A stretch of 64,000 bases of DNA from Akkermansia muciniphila (GTDB taxonomy: Bacteria > Verrucomicrobiota > Verrucomicrobiia > Verrucomicrobiales > V1-33): positions 2,627 through 66,626 of the forward strand of contig CAMDJM010000016.1 of the NCBI GenBank assembly GCA_945900785.1. The letters run 5' to 3'. A model generated the notes under the pieces. It was not told the origin of the DNA, made no database searches, and worked only from the letters and a program-made list of their open reading frames with translations. Both the position numbers and the translations under genes were made by a program. Below are positions 45,093-55,027 of the stretch, one piece after another (the first letter of the stretch is position 1; every line of letters begins with the position of its first letter).

Positions 45093-48000
45093 GTGAAATC
45101 GCCTTTTTCTGCCCCTCTCCTCCTGCGCATCCCGGCAATTTTGGCCCTGCTAGGCAGTCCGGCGCTGCTGGATGCGCAGGACCCTCCGGCAGCCCCTCCT
45201 GCACCCGCCGGGGCTCCGAAGGCTGTTGAACCGGCTGATCTTTCGGACCCGGAAAAAATGAGCCGGCTGGGCGCGGAAGCTTTTGCGGCGGGCGATTGGG
45301 CGACGGCAGCGGCCAACTACGAGGGACTGATGCTGGTCGGCAAAAAAGTCGGGGCCAAGCCGGAACAGATGGAGCCGCTTTATTTCATCCTGGGGGCCTC
45401 GTATTTCAACCTCCCGGATCAGGCCAAGGCCGAGACAATTTTTAACGAATACGTCACGACCTATCCGAAGGGCCAGAATATCTATCAGGCCAATCTCGCC
45501 CTCGCGCGGATTCTCCGGGCCCAGAAAAAGTGGCCGGATGCGATCAAAAAATACGAGCCGCTGAAGGGTGGGAATGCCGACTTTAAGGATGATGTGAATA
45601 TTGAGCTGGCGGAATGTTATACGGAAAACCAGCAGCGGGACAAGGCCATGGTGTTGCTGGAAACCGCCTTGGCCCCCGGCATCCGGACCTCCGGCGAGGT
45701 GCGGCAGGCGTTGAAATTGACGGCGCTTTACAAGGAGGACCGCCCGGAAAAAGGGGTGGCCCTGCTGGAGCGGGTGAAGCGGGCGAACGGAGCCCATCCT
45801 CTGGTGAATGAGATCAACTTCGCCGCGCTGCAGCTGGCGGATGAATTGATGAGCGGCAAGAAGGAGGAACTGGCCCTGCAATGTTATCAAAATCTCCGGA
45901 AAAAGGATGAGGTGCTGGCCACCCTGCAGGAGGTCTCGGCTGTGTATGAGCGCACCGTGGCACGGCTGGCCGCCCAGGTGGCGGCGAAGACCGGCGACTC
46001 GGTGACGGCTTCAGCGCGGATGGATCAGGCCCGGCTCTTTGCGGCGCAGACCAAGGCGCAGATCGAGCAGCTTTCCAAGGAGCAGAACTATGATGCCATC
46101 GTCTTCTTCCGCATCAGCCGGTGTTTTGCCCAGTTGGGCCGGTTCTGGGAATCCCGCCTCGGATTCCAGTGGCTCTACGATAACTTCAAGGACTTTGAGG
46201 ACCGCCCGGTGGTGCTCTATTTGTTGATTTATTCAAATGCCATGCTGGCTCCCGCCAAGCCGGAACAGGATGGCATGAAAATCATCGCCCGCACCGAGGA
46301 ACTGTGCCGCGACTATCTCAAAACCTACCCCACCGGGGCCCAGGTCAGCGAGGTGGCGGAACTGCTGATCACCCAAGTGCAGAAATCCGGCATTCCTGAA
46401 AAAATCAACGGGGTCTACGATGAGGTGATGAAATACCTCGATAATTCACCGAACAAAGCCAACTTCCTCGCCACCCAGGTCCAGAACTACCTCCAGCAAT
46501 ACGATTTTAAAAAAGCCCGCGAGGCCGCCGAAAAATTCCGGACCGCCGCACCGGATTCGGAACTGACAGAGGACATCGATTACCTCTATGCGATGACGTT
46601 CTTCTTTGAGATCTCCCCGGACGGCAGGAGCAACTACGAAGGAGCCCTCAGGGAACTGGCGGCTTACCGCGACAAATATCCCAACGGAAAATACATGCCG
46701 GACGCCCGTTACCGGCTGGCGGTGATCTTCAAGGGTGAGGAAATGGCACACAAGCTCAAGAGGGCCGATTCCAACTTCATGGGAGTCGTTGAGGAATGTG
46801 AGGACATCATCAAACGTTTCCCGGGCACTTCCACGGTGGCCGATTGTTATGCCCTGATCGCCGACTGTTACCGGGAGATGACCGCCAAGGAACTGGATAA
46901 AGCGGATTTGAAGCTGGAGGACATCGACAAGTGGATGGCCGATGCCTTCATCGAAGCCGTGAAACGCGGCAAAGGCGATGTCGTGGAATACAGCCTCGGC
47001 CAGGCCCGCCCCCTCCTGCAATCCCAGGGACGCTGGAAGGATATTGAGGACCTTTACCGCGGGTTCCTCGCGGCCAATCCGGATCACCGCACCGCTTTGG
47101 AGTCGATCAGTTGGATCGCGAAATCCATCGTCCGCCAAGGCACCACCCCGGAGGAAAAGACCGCCAACCAGGGCCGTGCCCGGAAATTCCTCGCGGATAC
47201 CATCCTGGAAAATATCAACAATCCTTCCAGGGAAGGCGTTGAGGATTTACTCCAGCAGTTGGCGCTTTCCTCCGTGCCCAAGCGCAAAAAAGCACCCGTC
47301 GAAGCCGCCGATCCGAAAGCACCCGCCCCGGCGGTCAAGCCCGCTCCGGTGCCGCCCCCCCCGGTCGCGGAGACTTTCGCGGAAACGGAAAAGGAACTGA
47401 ATCAACTGCTGAAGCTCGATGAGGGCAAGCTCTCGGAAATTGGTCAGGCCCGCCTCCTCTACGTCAAGGTGGAACTCTACCGCGAGCTGGAGCGCCGGGC
47501 ACCGCGCACGAGGGGACCGGATGGCAAGCTGGTCCTGGAGACCGGCCCGAAAGCATCCGAAGCCCTGATGGAAAAGCTGGCCACGGAATTCAAAACCGAT
47601 GATTTCAGCCCCCGGCTGCTGGCGGTGATCGGCGAGTATTTTGTGAAACGCGACTTAGAGGAGCGGGCTTCTGCCAATTTTAACCGTCTCATCCAGTTCT
47701 TCCCGCAGTCCCCCTACCTCGACTGGGCCTACACCGGGCTCGGGCAGATGGCTTATCAATCGAAGGATTATGAAGCCGCTTTGAAAAACTTTACCAAGGC
47801 CACCGAAGAGTTTCCCGGAGCCAAGTATGGAGAAGCCCAGATCGGTCTGGCCCGGGTGCACTTTGAAACGGAAAAGCTGGAGGATGCGGAAAAGATTCTG
47901 AAAAGCATGTTCGGTGACAAGTCTGTGGCCAAGGAGGTCAAAGCCGAAGTCAATTGGCTTCTCGGCGAAATCCGCTTCAAACAGAAAAACCTGCCGGACG

Positions 48001-48215
48001 CCTTCAATTACTTCCAGCGGCTCTATCTGAGTTTTGGAGCCTACCCCAGCTGGGCGGCCAAAGGTTACCTGCGCGCCGGGGAAATGAAGGAAGCGCTGGG
48101 CAAGGGCACTGATGCCATCAACATCTACAAGGACGCCATCCTCAAAGCCGATAAATTTAAAGCCGAACCTGACTTCCAAAAAGCCAAAGACCGCCTGCGC
48201 AACCTTGGGGGCTAG
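45093..48215 (+). CDS. Large tetratricopeptide-repeat (TPR) protein
   Basis: 1040 aa with a GTG start, signal peptide and many TPR-like A..Y...L/W..A...Y helices throughout. It heads the ExbB/ExbD cluster. Confidence 0.75.
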   Translation: MKSPFSAPLLLRIPAILALLGSPALLDAQDPPAAPPAPAGAPKAVEPADLSDPEKMSRLGAEAFAAGDWATAAANYEGLMLVGKKVGAKPEQMEPLYFILGASYFNLPDQAKAETIFNEYVTTYPKGQNIYQANLALARILRAQKKWPDAIKKYEPLKGGNADFKDDVNIELAECYTENQQRDKAMVLLETALAPGIRTSGEVRQALKLTALYKEDRPEKGVALLERVKRANGAHPLVNEINFAALQLADELMSGKKEELALQCYQNLRKKDEVLATLQEVSAVYERTVARLAAQVAAKTGDSVTASARMDQARLFAAQTKAQIEQLSKEQNYDAIVFFRISRCFAQLGRFWESRLGFQWLYDNFKDFEDRPVVLYLLIYSNAMLAPAKPEQDGMKIIARTEELCRDYLKTYPTGAQVSEVAELLITQVQKSGIPEKINGVYDEVMKYLDNSPNKANFLATQVQNYLQQYDFKKAREAAEKFRTAAPDSELTEDIDYLYAMTFFFEISPDGRSNYEGALRELAAYRDKYPNGKYMPDARYRLAVIFKGEEMAHKLKRADSNFMGVVEECEDIIKRFPGTSTVADCYALIADCYREMTAKELDKADLKLEDIDKWMADAFIEAVKRGKGDVVEYSLGQARPLLQSQGRWKDIEDLYRGFLAANPDHRTALESISWIAKSIVRQGTTPEEKTANQGRARKFLADTILENINNPSREGVEDLLQQLALSSVPKRKKAPVEAADPKAPAPAVKPAPVPPPPVAETFAETEKELNQLLKLDEGKLSEIGQARLLYVKVELYRELERRAPRTRGPDGKLVLETGPKASEALMEKLATEFKTDDFSPRLLAVIGEYFVKRDLEERASANFNRLIQFFPQSPYLDWAYTGLGQMAYQSKDYEAALKNFTKATEEFPGAKYGEAQIGLARVHFETEKLEDAEKILKSMFGDKSVAKEVKAEVNWLLGEIRFKQKNLPDAFNYFQRLYLSFGAYPSWAAKGYLRAGEMKEALGKGTDAINIYKDAILKADKFKAEPDFQKAKDRLRNLGG

Positions 48216-48244
48216 TGAGCCCCCGGATTTCCCCCTTCCCGTTC

Positions 48245-49084
48245 ATGAAACTTTTTTCCCTCCTCACCGGCAGCCTCCTTTTCGCTGCCATGTCACCCCT
48301 GACTGCGCAGGTCCTCGTCTTTCAGGCGGGCTCCGTCGATTTGGCAGATGTCACCATCTCCGGCACCAATGTGCAGCGGAAGGTCAAACGGCCGGATGGC
48401 TCCGAGGCCACCCAAAGCATCCCCGCCGCCAATGTCGTCCGGGTGGATTTCCCCCGCCCCGAGGAACTGGCCGCCGCTGACGACCTGATGCTTAAAGGCA
48501 AATATGATGAAGCCTTCCAAAAGGCCAAAATCGTCCAGGACCTGCATCGGCTTTGGAAGGACAAACCTGGCTCTTGGTTTGCCGAAGCCGCCCTGCTCAC
48601 TGCCGAAAGCCTGCTGCGGCAGAATAAATACGACGAATCCGCCCGGCTCATGTCGGAACTGCGGAATATGACGCTGGCCAGCCGTCTCCAAATCCGCGTC
48701 ACCATGCTGGACGCCCTGGAGCAGTTCCAAAAAGGCATCACCGGCCCCGCGCTGGCCAAGGTCAAGCCTCTCCTCAAAGGCGGGCAGGACGCCGACACCC
48801 TTTCCCGGCTCAATCTTCTGGTCGGTGACATTCAATTCAAGCGCGAAGCCTTCGCCGAAGCCCTGGACGCCTATTTGCAAATTCCCGTCTTTTACGGCGC
48901 GGAAGCCGCTTTCCTTCCTGCGGCTGATTTGGGCGCGGCGAGATGCCTCGCCCGTCTCGGCCGCCTCCAGGACGCCAGCGACAGCCTCTCCCGCATCATC
49001 CAACGCTACGCTGGCTCCCCGGAGGCCGACGCCGCCAAAATCGAAAAATCAAACGTTGCCAAACTGACCGGAGCCGCCCCTTGA
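48245..49084 (+). CDS. TPR-like secreted protein
   Basis: ORF 48215..49084 trimmed to ATG 48245 (MKLFSLLTGSLLFAAMSPLTAQ). ...GKYDEAFQKA..., FAEALDAYLQIPVFY, GRLQDASDSLSRIIQRY. Confidence 0.55.
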   Translation: MKLFSLLTGSLLFAAMSPLTAQVLVFQAGSVDLADVTISGTNVQRKVKRPDGSEATQSIPAANVVRVDFPRPEELAAADDLMLKGKYDEAFQKAKIVQDLHRLWKDKPGSWFAEAALLTAESLLRQNKYDESARLMSELRNMTLASRLQIRVTMLDALEQFQKGITGPALAKVKPLLKGGQDADTLSRLNLLVGDIQFKREAFAEALDAYLQIPVFYGAEAAFLPAADLGAARCLARLGRLQDASDSLSRIIQRYAGSPEADAAKIEKSNVAKLTGAAP

Positions 49085-49192
49085 TCCAAGCCCAGCTTCT
49101 TTCCCAGGAGCCTCTTTTCCCTACGATTCCCCTCAGATACACCTTGATCTTTTTCCGCCATCCTTCTTACTCAATTTAATTACTCCACCTCC

Positions 49193-50020
49193 ATGAAATC
49201 CCGCACGCCCGCCCGTTTCACCCCTCTCCTGATCACCTCCTTCACCCTTCTTGCCGCAGGAGCTGCCACCGCTCAGGAAGTCGCCACCAAGGCCCCGGAA
49301 GTCGTAAAACGCAGCCTGTTCCAGGTCCTCCAGGATGGAGGATTGATCATGTTTCCCCTGGCGGGCTTTTCCATCGCCATGGTCTGGCTCATCATCGACT
49401 GCGCCCAGCGCACCGGCCTCGGACGCCTCATGCCAGCAGCGGATCTCGAGCGCCTGCGCGATAACTTCCGCGCCGGGGACTACGTCGGAGCCTACCAGGG
49501 CACCCTCGAAAACAATTCGGTGCTGAACAACATCTCCCGCGTCGGACTGGTCACGGTGGGCGATGGCAAATCCGCCACGGAGCACTCCATCGCCGAATCC
49601 ATCGCGCAGGAGCAGAGCAAAATCTCCAACCGCATTTCCTATCTCTCCGTCATCGGGGTTTGCACGCCGATGGTTGGTTTGCTCGGCACCGTGTTCGGCA
49701 TGATCGACGCCTTTGAATCCCTCGGCGGCGGCGGTGCCACCCAAAACACGGGCGCTCTTGCTTCCGCCATCGGGCACGTGCTCGTCGCCACCGCTTCCGG
49801 TCTCTTCGTCGCTATTCCGGCCTTCATGGCCTTTTATTTTCTGCGGAACCGCCTCATGGGCGGCATGAACGAAGTCGAAACTGAAGTCGGCAACCTGTTC
49901 CGGAAATTCCCCTACCACCTCGCGGAAGGCGTGCACATCGGCGATCAGGAACTCTACGCCAACGCCCCCAACTGGGCTGAAGGCGGCAGCACCGCCCTCG
50001 CCGGAGCCCCCGCCCACTGA
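49193..50020 (+). CDS. MotA/TolQ/ExbB proton-channel family protein
   Basis: ...ISYLSVIGVCTPMVGLLGTVFGMIDAFESLG........LASAIGHVLVATASGLFVAIPAFMAFYFLRNR is the canonical ExbB/TolQ C-terminal block. Confidence 0.88.
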   Translation: MKSRTPARFTPLLITSFTLLAAGAATAQEVATKAPEVVKRSLFQVLQDGGLIMFPLAGFSIAMVWLIIDCAQRTGLGRLMPAADLERLRDNFRAGDYVGAYQGTLENNSVLNNISRVGLVTVGDGKSATEHSIAESIAQEQSKISNRISYLSVIGVCTPMVGLLGTVFGMIDAFESLGGGGATQNTGALASAIGHVLVATASGLFVAIPAFMAFYFLRNRLMGGMNEVETEVGNLFRKFPYHLAEGVHIGDQELYANAPNWAEGGSTALAGAPAH

Positions 50021-50054
50021 GCCCGGCTGGATAACCTTTTTTGAACATCCTTCT

Positions 50055-50498
50055 ATGTCCGGTGGTGGTGGCAGTATTGAAAGTGGCGAGCCCGATTTCC
50101 AAATCGCGCCGATGATCGACGTGCTTCTCGTTATGCTGGTCTTCTTCGTGGCGATCTCCACCACGCAGATCGACCAGGTGGATACCCGCGTGAAGGTGCC
50201 TGTGGCTCCGGACTCCTCCGAGCGCAAACCGGACCCCAATCAGGTCCTCCTCAACGTCATCTGGAAGCCCAGCGAGCAAAAAGCCATCCTCAATTACGCC
50301 GGGATCGATTACGAAAACGGCCAGTATGAAGGCTTGGCGGAAATCCTCAAAGCCCGCGCCGGGGATGGGTCGAATCCCAAGTTTGAAATCATCATCCGGG
50401 CGGACAAGGACACTCCAGCGAAGGAAGTCCAGGCCGCCATCAGCGTCGCTTCCCAGGCCACCGCCAAGCTCTCCTTCGCCACCGTCAACCGCAGCTAA
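50055..50498 (+). CDS. ExbD/TolR biopolymer transport protein
   Basis: EPDFQIAPMIDVLLVMLVFFV is the ExbD N-terminal TM motif. The C-terminal part has IIIRADKDTPAKEVQAAISVA. Confidence 0.85.
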   Translation: MSGGGGSIESGEPDFQIAPMIDVLLVMLVFFVAISTTQIDQVDTRVKVPVAPDSSERKPDPNQVLLNVIWKPSEQKAILNYAGIDYENGQYEGLAEILKARAGDGSNPKFEIIIRADKDTPAKEVQAAISVASQATAKLSFATVNRS

Positions 50499-50516
50499 CG
50501 CTTACCATCCCCCAAC

Positions 50517-50963
50517 ATGTCCGGTAATAGCCGCTACCAATCCGATGGCGATCTCGGTTTCCAGATCGCTCCCATGCTTGACGTCATCTTCGTCATCATG
50601 CTCTTTTTCATGACCTTGGCCGGGGACAAGAAGGTCGAGACCCAGCTCAAGATGACCCTCCCCTCCTCCGAGCCCAGCCAGGAGTCCACCCAGGACACTC
50701 CCATGGAGGAATCCATCGCCATTGATGAAAGCGGCGCCATCACCCATAACGAAGATCCGGTCACCGGCGATGATTTAAAGAAAACCTTCGCCAGCCTCAA
50801 AGCCCAAAGCGTGGCCGAAGGAGGCACCCAGACGCCCACCCCCATCATCGTCACCATAAGCGCCGCCCCCGACACCAAGTGGGAAGCCATCGCCACCGTC
50901 ATGAACGCCATGCAGGCCGCGAAAATCAGCAATGTCTCCTTCACCGTCGCCGACGAGTTCTAG
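50517..50963 (+). CDS. ExbD/TolR biopolymer transport protein (second paralog)
   Basis: DLGFQIAPMLDVIFVIMLFFM...IIVTISAAPDTKWEAIATVMNAMQAAKI. Confidence 0.85.
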   Translation: MSGNSRYQSDGDLGFQIAPMLDVIFVIMLFFMTLAGDKKVETQLKMTLPSSEPSQESTQDTPMEESIAIDESGAITHNEDPVTGDDLKKTFASLKAQSVAEGGTQTPTPIIVTISAAPDTKWEAIATVMNAMQAAKISNVSFTVADEF

Positions 50964-50969
50964 CCTGGC

Positions 50970-51728
50970 CTAACCCCGCACCCGGTTCACTGCTTTGATC
51001 CCGATTTCGCGGATGGTGGACCAGTCGGTGACGGAATAGAAAAGCTTCCGGGTTTTCATGACCCGGGTCCGGTGATGCAAAATGCGCACTTCCGCCAGCC
51101 GGCCGATCCGTTTGATTTCCGGGAGCATCGCGCCGCGCGCATTGCAGATCACATTGTCCAGCTCCAGGAAATCCACGCCGCAGGCCTCCAAGGCACCTTC
51201 CTTGACCAGCTTGTTGAAGTAAAATTGATCGCAATTGTGCCCGGCCCACATGTCGGATTCATTCTGAGCCCTTACCGCCTTTTCCCATTTTTCGAGGAAC
51301 TTCAGCATCGGGACGGATTTCCGGTAGAGCAGGACGCCGGTATTGTAATCGCGCGGCTTTACCATTTTCACAAAGCGCGCAGGTTGCACGGACCAATCCG
51401 CTTCATGGGAATTCGCGGCGGCAAAGTCATGGGAGCCCAGTAAATCAAAAATCGGGCTGAGCGACCCGCGCACCGTGGTATCGGTGTCCAGAAAAAGCGT
51501 CTCCTCGTAGGGGGATTCCTTCAGGGTTAAAACCTTGAGCTTCAGCGGGTGCTCGTGGCTGGTGATGGGCCGGGCATCGCAGTGCGCGAGCCCGCCCGGC
51601 ACAGAAAACCGGGAAAAAACCGTCACTGGAAGGCCCGGCTCGAACCGGCGGAGGCTCTGGAATGAGGTCAACAATTCCCCCAGGTAGCTTCTGCCACCGC
51701 TCGCCAAATAGATGATTCCACGCTTCAT
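50970..51728 (-). CDS. Nucleotide-diphospho-sugar transferase-like protein (GT8-like, DxD motif)
   Basis: ORF 50970..51770, start MKRGIIYLASG at 51728. LFLDTDT is the DxD motif. The layout resembles GT-A fold transferases. This is a weak, by-eye call. Confidence 0.4.
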   Translation of the reverse strand: MKRGIIYLASGGRSYLGELLTSFQSLRRFEPGLPVTVFSRFSVPGGLAHCDARPITSHEHPLKLKVLTLKESPYEETLFLDTDTTVRGSLSPIFDLLGSHDFAAANSHEADWSVQPARFVKMVKPRDYNTGVLLYRKSVPMLKFLEKWEKAVRAQNESDMWAGHNCDQFYFNKLVKEGALEACGVDFLELDNVICNARGAMLPEIKRIGRLAEVRILHHRTRVMKTRKLFYSVTDWSTIREIGIKAVNRVRG

Positions 51729-51880
51729 TCTTGTAAAAGTCAACAATATCGTAATTTCAGGAAAATGCAACTCCCTACTATTTCTTCACGGGAATTCAAT
51801 GTTCTCCCAGGTATTAGAGGAGATTGCCAAAACGCGTTTCGTCTCTTAGACTGGTCCCCTCACCCCGTTTTTCCAAAGTC

Positions 51881-52654
51881 ATGTCACTCAGGACCTTTCC
51901 CATGTTTTTTTCTGGTTTGATTCTGTGTGGTATCGGCCAAAGCCCCGCCCAGGAGAATCCCAAAAGCCTGCCCGCCGACGCGGCTGAGGCGGCATTTTTG
52001 GAAAGTTTGCAGTTTGCAGAGGAACCTCCCGCAGCATCCGGGGGACGACAGGATCCCAAAGAGGCACCACCAATCTCCAAGAGGATTGTTTTGCCCGAAG
52101 ACCAGCTCGTGGAGGGCCAGCCTCCGGAAGATACTTTTGACTACGCACTGCATTTGATGGAAGAGGCTTTTGGCCTATTGGACGCTTCGGGCGGCAAAAT
52201 GCAGGAATCCAGAAAGGACCTGCTGCAGGAGGCGAAGAAACTGTTGGTGGCGTTGCAAAAAAGGTATCCGGATTGGAAAACGGAATTGGTGGCTGAGCAA
52301 ATCCAGCGGGCGGAGCGCCGGTTGGAGGAGCTTCGTCAGGAAGCGATCGCGAAAAAGATGGAAGCGGCTGCTCCGGCGGCAGTGCCGGCTCCTCCAGGTG
52401 GGCTGATGTGGCAGGCTGAGCCCCCCGGCAAAGAACCCCGCCCGGCTGGAGGGCCCATGGCTAACCCCGAAGTGCAGGAGCTTCAAATGAGGCTTCATGA
52501 GGCCAGGCAAGCGCTGCAAGCGTCCCGGGAGCGCGAGTTGGCCCTGCGTGCTGTGCTGCGCGATTTGTTGAACGACAGACAGCCGTCCCCACTCAAATTT
52601 CCGGAGCCTCCGCGTCCGCCCCAGCCCCTTCCTCCCCAACCGCCGCCACGGTAA
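51881..52654 (+). CDS. Secreted coiled-coil protein with a proline-rich C-terminus
   Basis: ORF 51824..52654 trimmed to ATG 51881. Signal MSLRTFPMFFSGLILCGIGQSPAQ. The tail is PLKFPEPPRPPQPLPPQPPPR. Confidence 0.5.
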   Translation: MSLRTFPMFFSGLILCGIGQSPAQENPKSLPADAAEAAFLESLQFAEEPPAASGGRQDPKEAPPISKRIVLPEDQLVEGQPPEDTFDYALHLMEEAFGLLDASGGKMQESRKDLLQEAKKLLVALQKRYPDWKTELVAEQIQRAERRLEELRQEAIAKKMEAAAPAAVPAPPGGLMWQAEPPGKEPRPAGGPMANPEVQELQMRLHEARQALQASRERELALRAVLRDLLNDRQPSPLKFPEPPRPPQPLPPQPPPR

Positions 52655-52674
52655 ATTTTCCAGCCCTTCCTTTC

Positions 52675-54801
52675 ATGAAACCTGTCCTCACTTTCCCATT
52701 GTGCCTTGCCCTGTGGGTGGCTGCACCCGGGCTCCTGCCTGCCCAGCAGCCCAGTCCTCCTGCGCCCCCTACCCCTGCCGCGCCAGTGCCTTCCCCAGCG
52801 CCATCCCCTCCCGGAAAATCAGGATCCTCCGGGGCGAAGCTGCCCGACGCCAACTCCCCATCACAACTTTACCTGCAGGGTCACCTGATCATGAAGGACG
52901 GCACGGAGAAGGAAGCGAAAGGCGATTTTGCCGGGGCCTACTACAAATTCAAGGATGCCCGGGATCTGTTCGATTCCGCAGCCGAGGCGGACCGCACCTG
53001 GCAGCCGGAGATTGTGGAATACCGCCGCAAAAAAATCCGTGAGGACATGGAGCGGGTGCGGCAATTGGAAATCAAGCGCCGCGCTGCTGGCGGAGCGCCC
53101 TCTCCGTCCGGCATCATTGGGAACGCTTCCGCCCAGGACCTGAGCATCCAGCCGGCCCAGCCTGCAGGACCGGTGCGGAACACCAATGTGGTCATGGAGG
53201 AGCGTCTCCGCGGCATGCAGGCTCAGATCGAAGTCCTAACTAAACGTAACGAGGAGGTGGTGCAGAAGCTTGGTGCCCGGGAAGAGGAACTCCGTGCTGC
53301 CCGCGGCCAAATCCTTGATGCCAAATCTGCCGAAAAGGCCCTGCGGCAATCCCTCGCCGATGCCCAGACCAAGCTCGACCTGGCCGCGCCGGACGCGAAA
53401 CGGAAGAATGAAGCCCTGAGCAAGCGGGTGGAGACCCTGGAGTCCCAACTGAACGAAGCCCTTTCCCAACTGACCACGGCCAACGGCAAGACGGATTCCC
53501 TGCTGGCCGATCTGGAAAAGGCTTATGGTGAAATCAAGGAACGCACGAGGGAGCGGGATGAACTGAAGCAGGAACGCGATCAAATGGAGGCGCTGCTTTC
53601 CGGCAATGGCGGCAAGGCCCCGGAAAAAATGAAAATCATCGCCGAAAACCAGCGGCTGAAAAAGGAACTCGAAGCCGCCCAGGCCAACATCGCCAAACTT
53701 ACCGCCGAAAAATCCACCGACCAGACGGAAATCGCTTCCCTGCGCAATCAACTGACCAGTGTGCAGCAGCAGTTGTCCACCTTCCAGCAGGAGAGCGAAA
53801 GCTACCGCAGCCAGATTCTGGCCCTCACGGAACGGCTGGATGCCACCAACAAACGCCTCGCGGAAACCGGGCAGGGGGCCGTCTCTGAAGTGGAAGCCGG
53901 ACTGGAAAACAAGGTGCTGCGCGAGATCATTCTCCAACAAATGAAGCAGCAGGCCAAGCGCGAGGCCGCCCGGCGCAATGTCATGGACGATCTGCTGAAG
54001 GAAGGCGTGCTCGACAGCATGAAGAACCTGGGCGTGGAGACGGAGCGCGTGCTCCGCACCCTGAACGAAATGGCGGCCTCTCCCACCCTGACCAAGGAAC
54101 AGCGCGGCGTCCTCAGCAATTCCCGTCTGGACCAATTTCTCCTGAACAATGGAGCGGGCAACCTGATGATGGTGCAGGACAGCAAGGAACTGCAGAATGG
54201 AGCCCCCGGGGCTGCGCCTTCCGGCGAAACCCGGAACAAGGAGGAACTGACGCCTGAACTTAAAGGCTATGCCAACGCCGCCGAGGAGCTTTTCCGTCAG
54301 GGTTCCTTCACCGAAGCCGAAAACCAATACCGGAAAATCCTTTTGATCGAGCCCATGAACGTCCACGCCCTGAGCAATCTCGGCGTCGTGCAGGTCAATC
54401 AGGGCAATTTCCCGGAAGCGGAAAAATCCATCAAAAAAGCCCTCGCTTATTTTTATGACAATGCCCCCGCGCATTATCTGCTGGGCGTGATCTACAAAGG
54501 TCAAAAACGCAGTTCCGATGCCATTGAGGAAATGCAGGAGTGCCTGAAATTGGATCCCAAAAACGCCAACGCCCATCTCACGCTGGGCCTGATCGCTGCT
54601 GAATCCAAAGACCGCGCCAAGGCCGAGCAGGAGTTCAAGGAAGCCATCATTTGCGACCCCGCCTGCGCTTACGCCTATTTCAATCTGGCCGTGCTTTACG
54701 CCACCGATGAAAAAATTTCCCTGGCCCGGCAATACTACCGCGACGCCATCCGCCACGGTGCCAACCGCGACGCCAGCCTGGACAGGCTGCTCGGCAGCTA
54801 G
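52675..54801 (+). CDS. Secreted coiled-coil + C-terminal TPR protein
   Basis: Signal peptide, about 400 aa of heptad-like E/K/Q/L-rich sequence, then TPR motifs (FTEAENQYRKILLIEPMNVHALSNLGVV..., APAHYLLGVIY, ANAHLTLGLI, AYAYFNLAVLY). Confidence 0.7.
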   Translation: MKPVLTFPLCLALWVAAPGLLPAQQPSPPAPPTPAAPVPSPAPSPPGKSGSSGAKLPDANSPSQLYLQGHLIMKDGTEKEAKGDFAGAYYKFKDARDLFDSAAEADRTWQPEIVEYRRKKIREDMERVRQLEIKRRAAGGAPSPSGIIGNASAQDLSIQPAQPAGPVRNTNVVMEERLRGMQAQIEVLTKRNEEVVQKLGAREEELRAARGQILDAKSAEKALRQSLADAQTKLDLAAPDAKRKNEALSKRVETLESQLNEALSQLTTANGKTDSLLADLEKAYGEIKERTRERDELKQERDQMEALLSGNGGKAPEKMKIIAENQRLKKELEAAQANIAKLTAEKSTDQTEIASLRNQLTSVQQQLSTFQQESESYRSQILALTERLDATNKRLAETGQGAVSEVEAGLENKVLREIILQQMKQQAKREAARRNVMDDLLKEGVLDSMKNLGVETERVLRTLNEMAASPTLTKEQRGVLSNSRLDQFLLNNGAGNLMMVQDSKELQNGAPGAAPSGETRNKEELTPELKGYANAAEELFRQGSFTEAENQYRKILLIEPMNVHALSNLGVVQVNQGNFPEAEKSIKKALAYFYDNAPAHYLLGVIYKGQKRSSDAIEEMQECLKLDPKNANAHLTLGLIAAESKDRAKAEQEFKEAIICDPACAYAYFNLAVLYATDEKISLARQYYRDAIRHGANRDASLDRLLGS

Positions 54802-55027
54802 GAAGGGAGCACGGGGCTCCGGCCCGTGTGTTTCATCCCAGGGTCATCCTCAAACCTCCAACGGCGCATCTTCCGTTCCTGCTGGGTTTGCTGCGGCCGG
54901 TTGGGAAATAAATATGGGACCTGAAGGATTGAATGATTGACCTTCCAGGTGAAGCTCCCATTCTGCGTATATCCGTGATGATCAGTTGTATCCTGCCATC
55001 CGTGGCCAGCCAGCATCCTTTTTAGAG

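Noticed and set aside
45093-50963. MotA/ExbB + ExbD genes as a possible Zorya-like anti-phage system.
   Set aside because: The ExbB homologue is of ordinary length (275 aa) without the long ZorA tail. Its partners are standard ExbD/TolR proteins. No ZorC/D-like helicase or nuclease is present, and the neighbourhood is core-genome.
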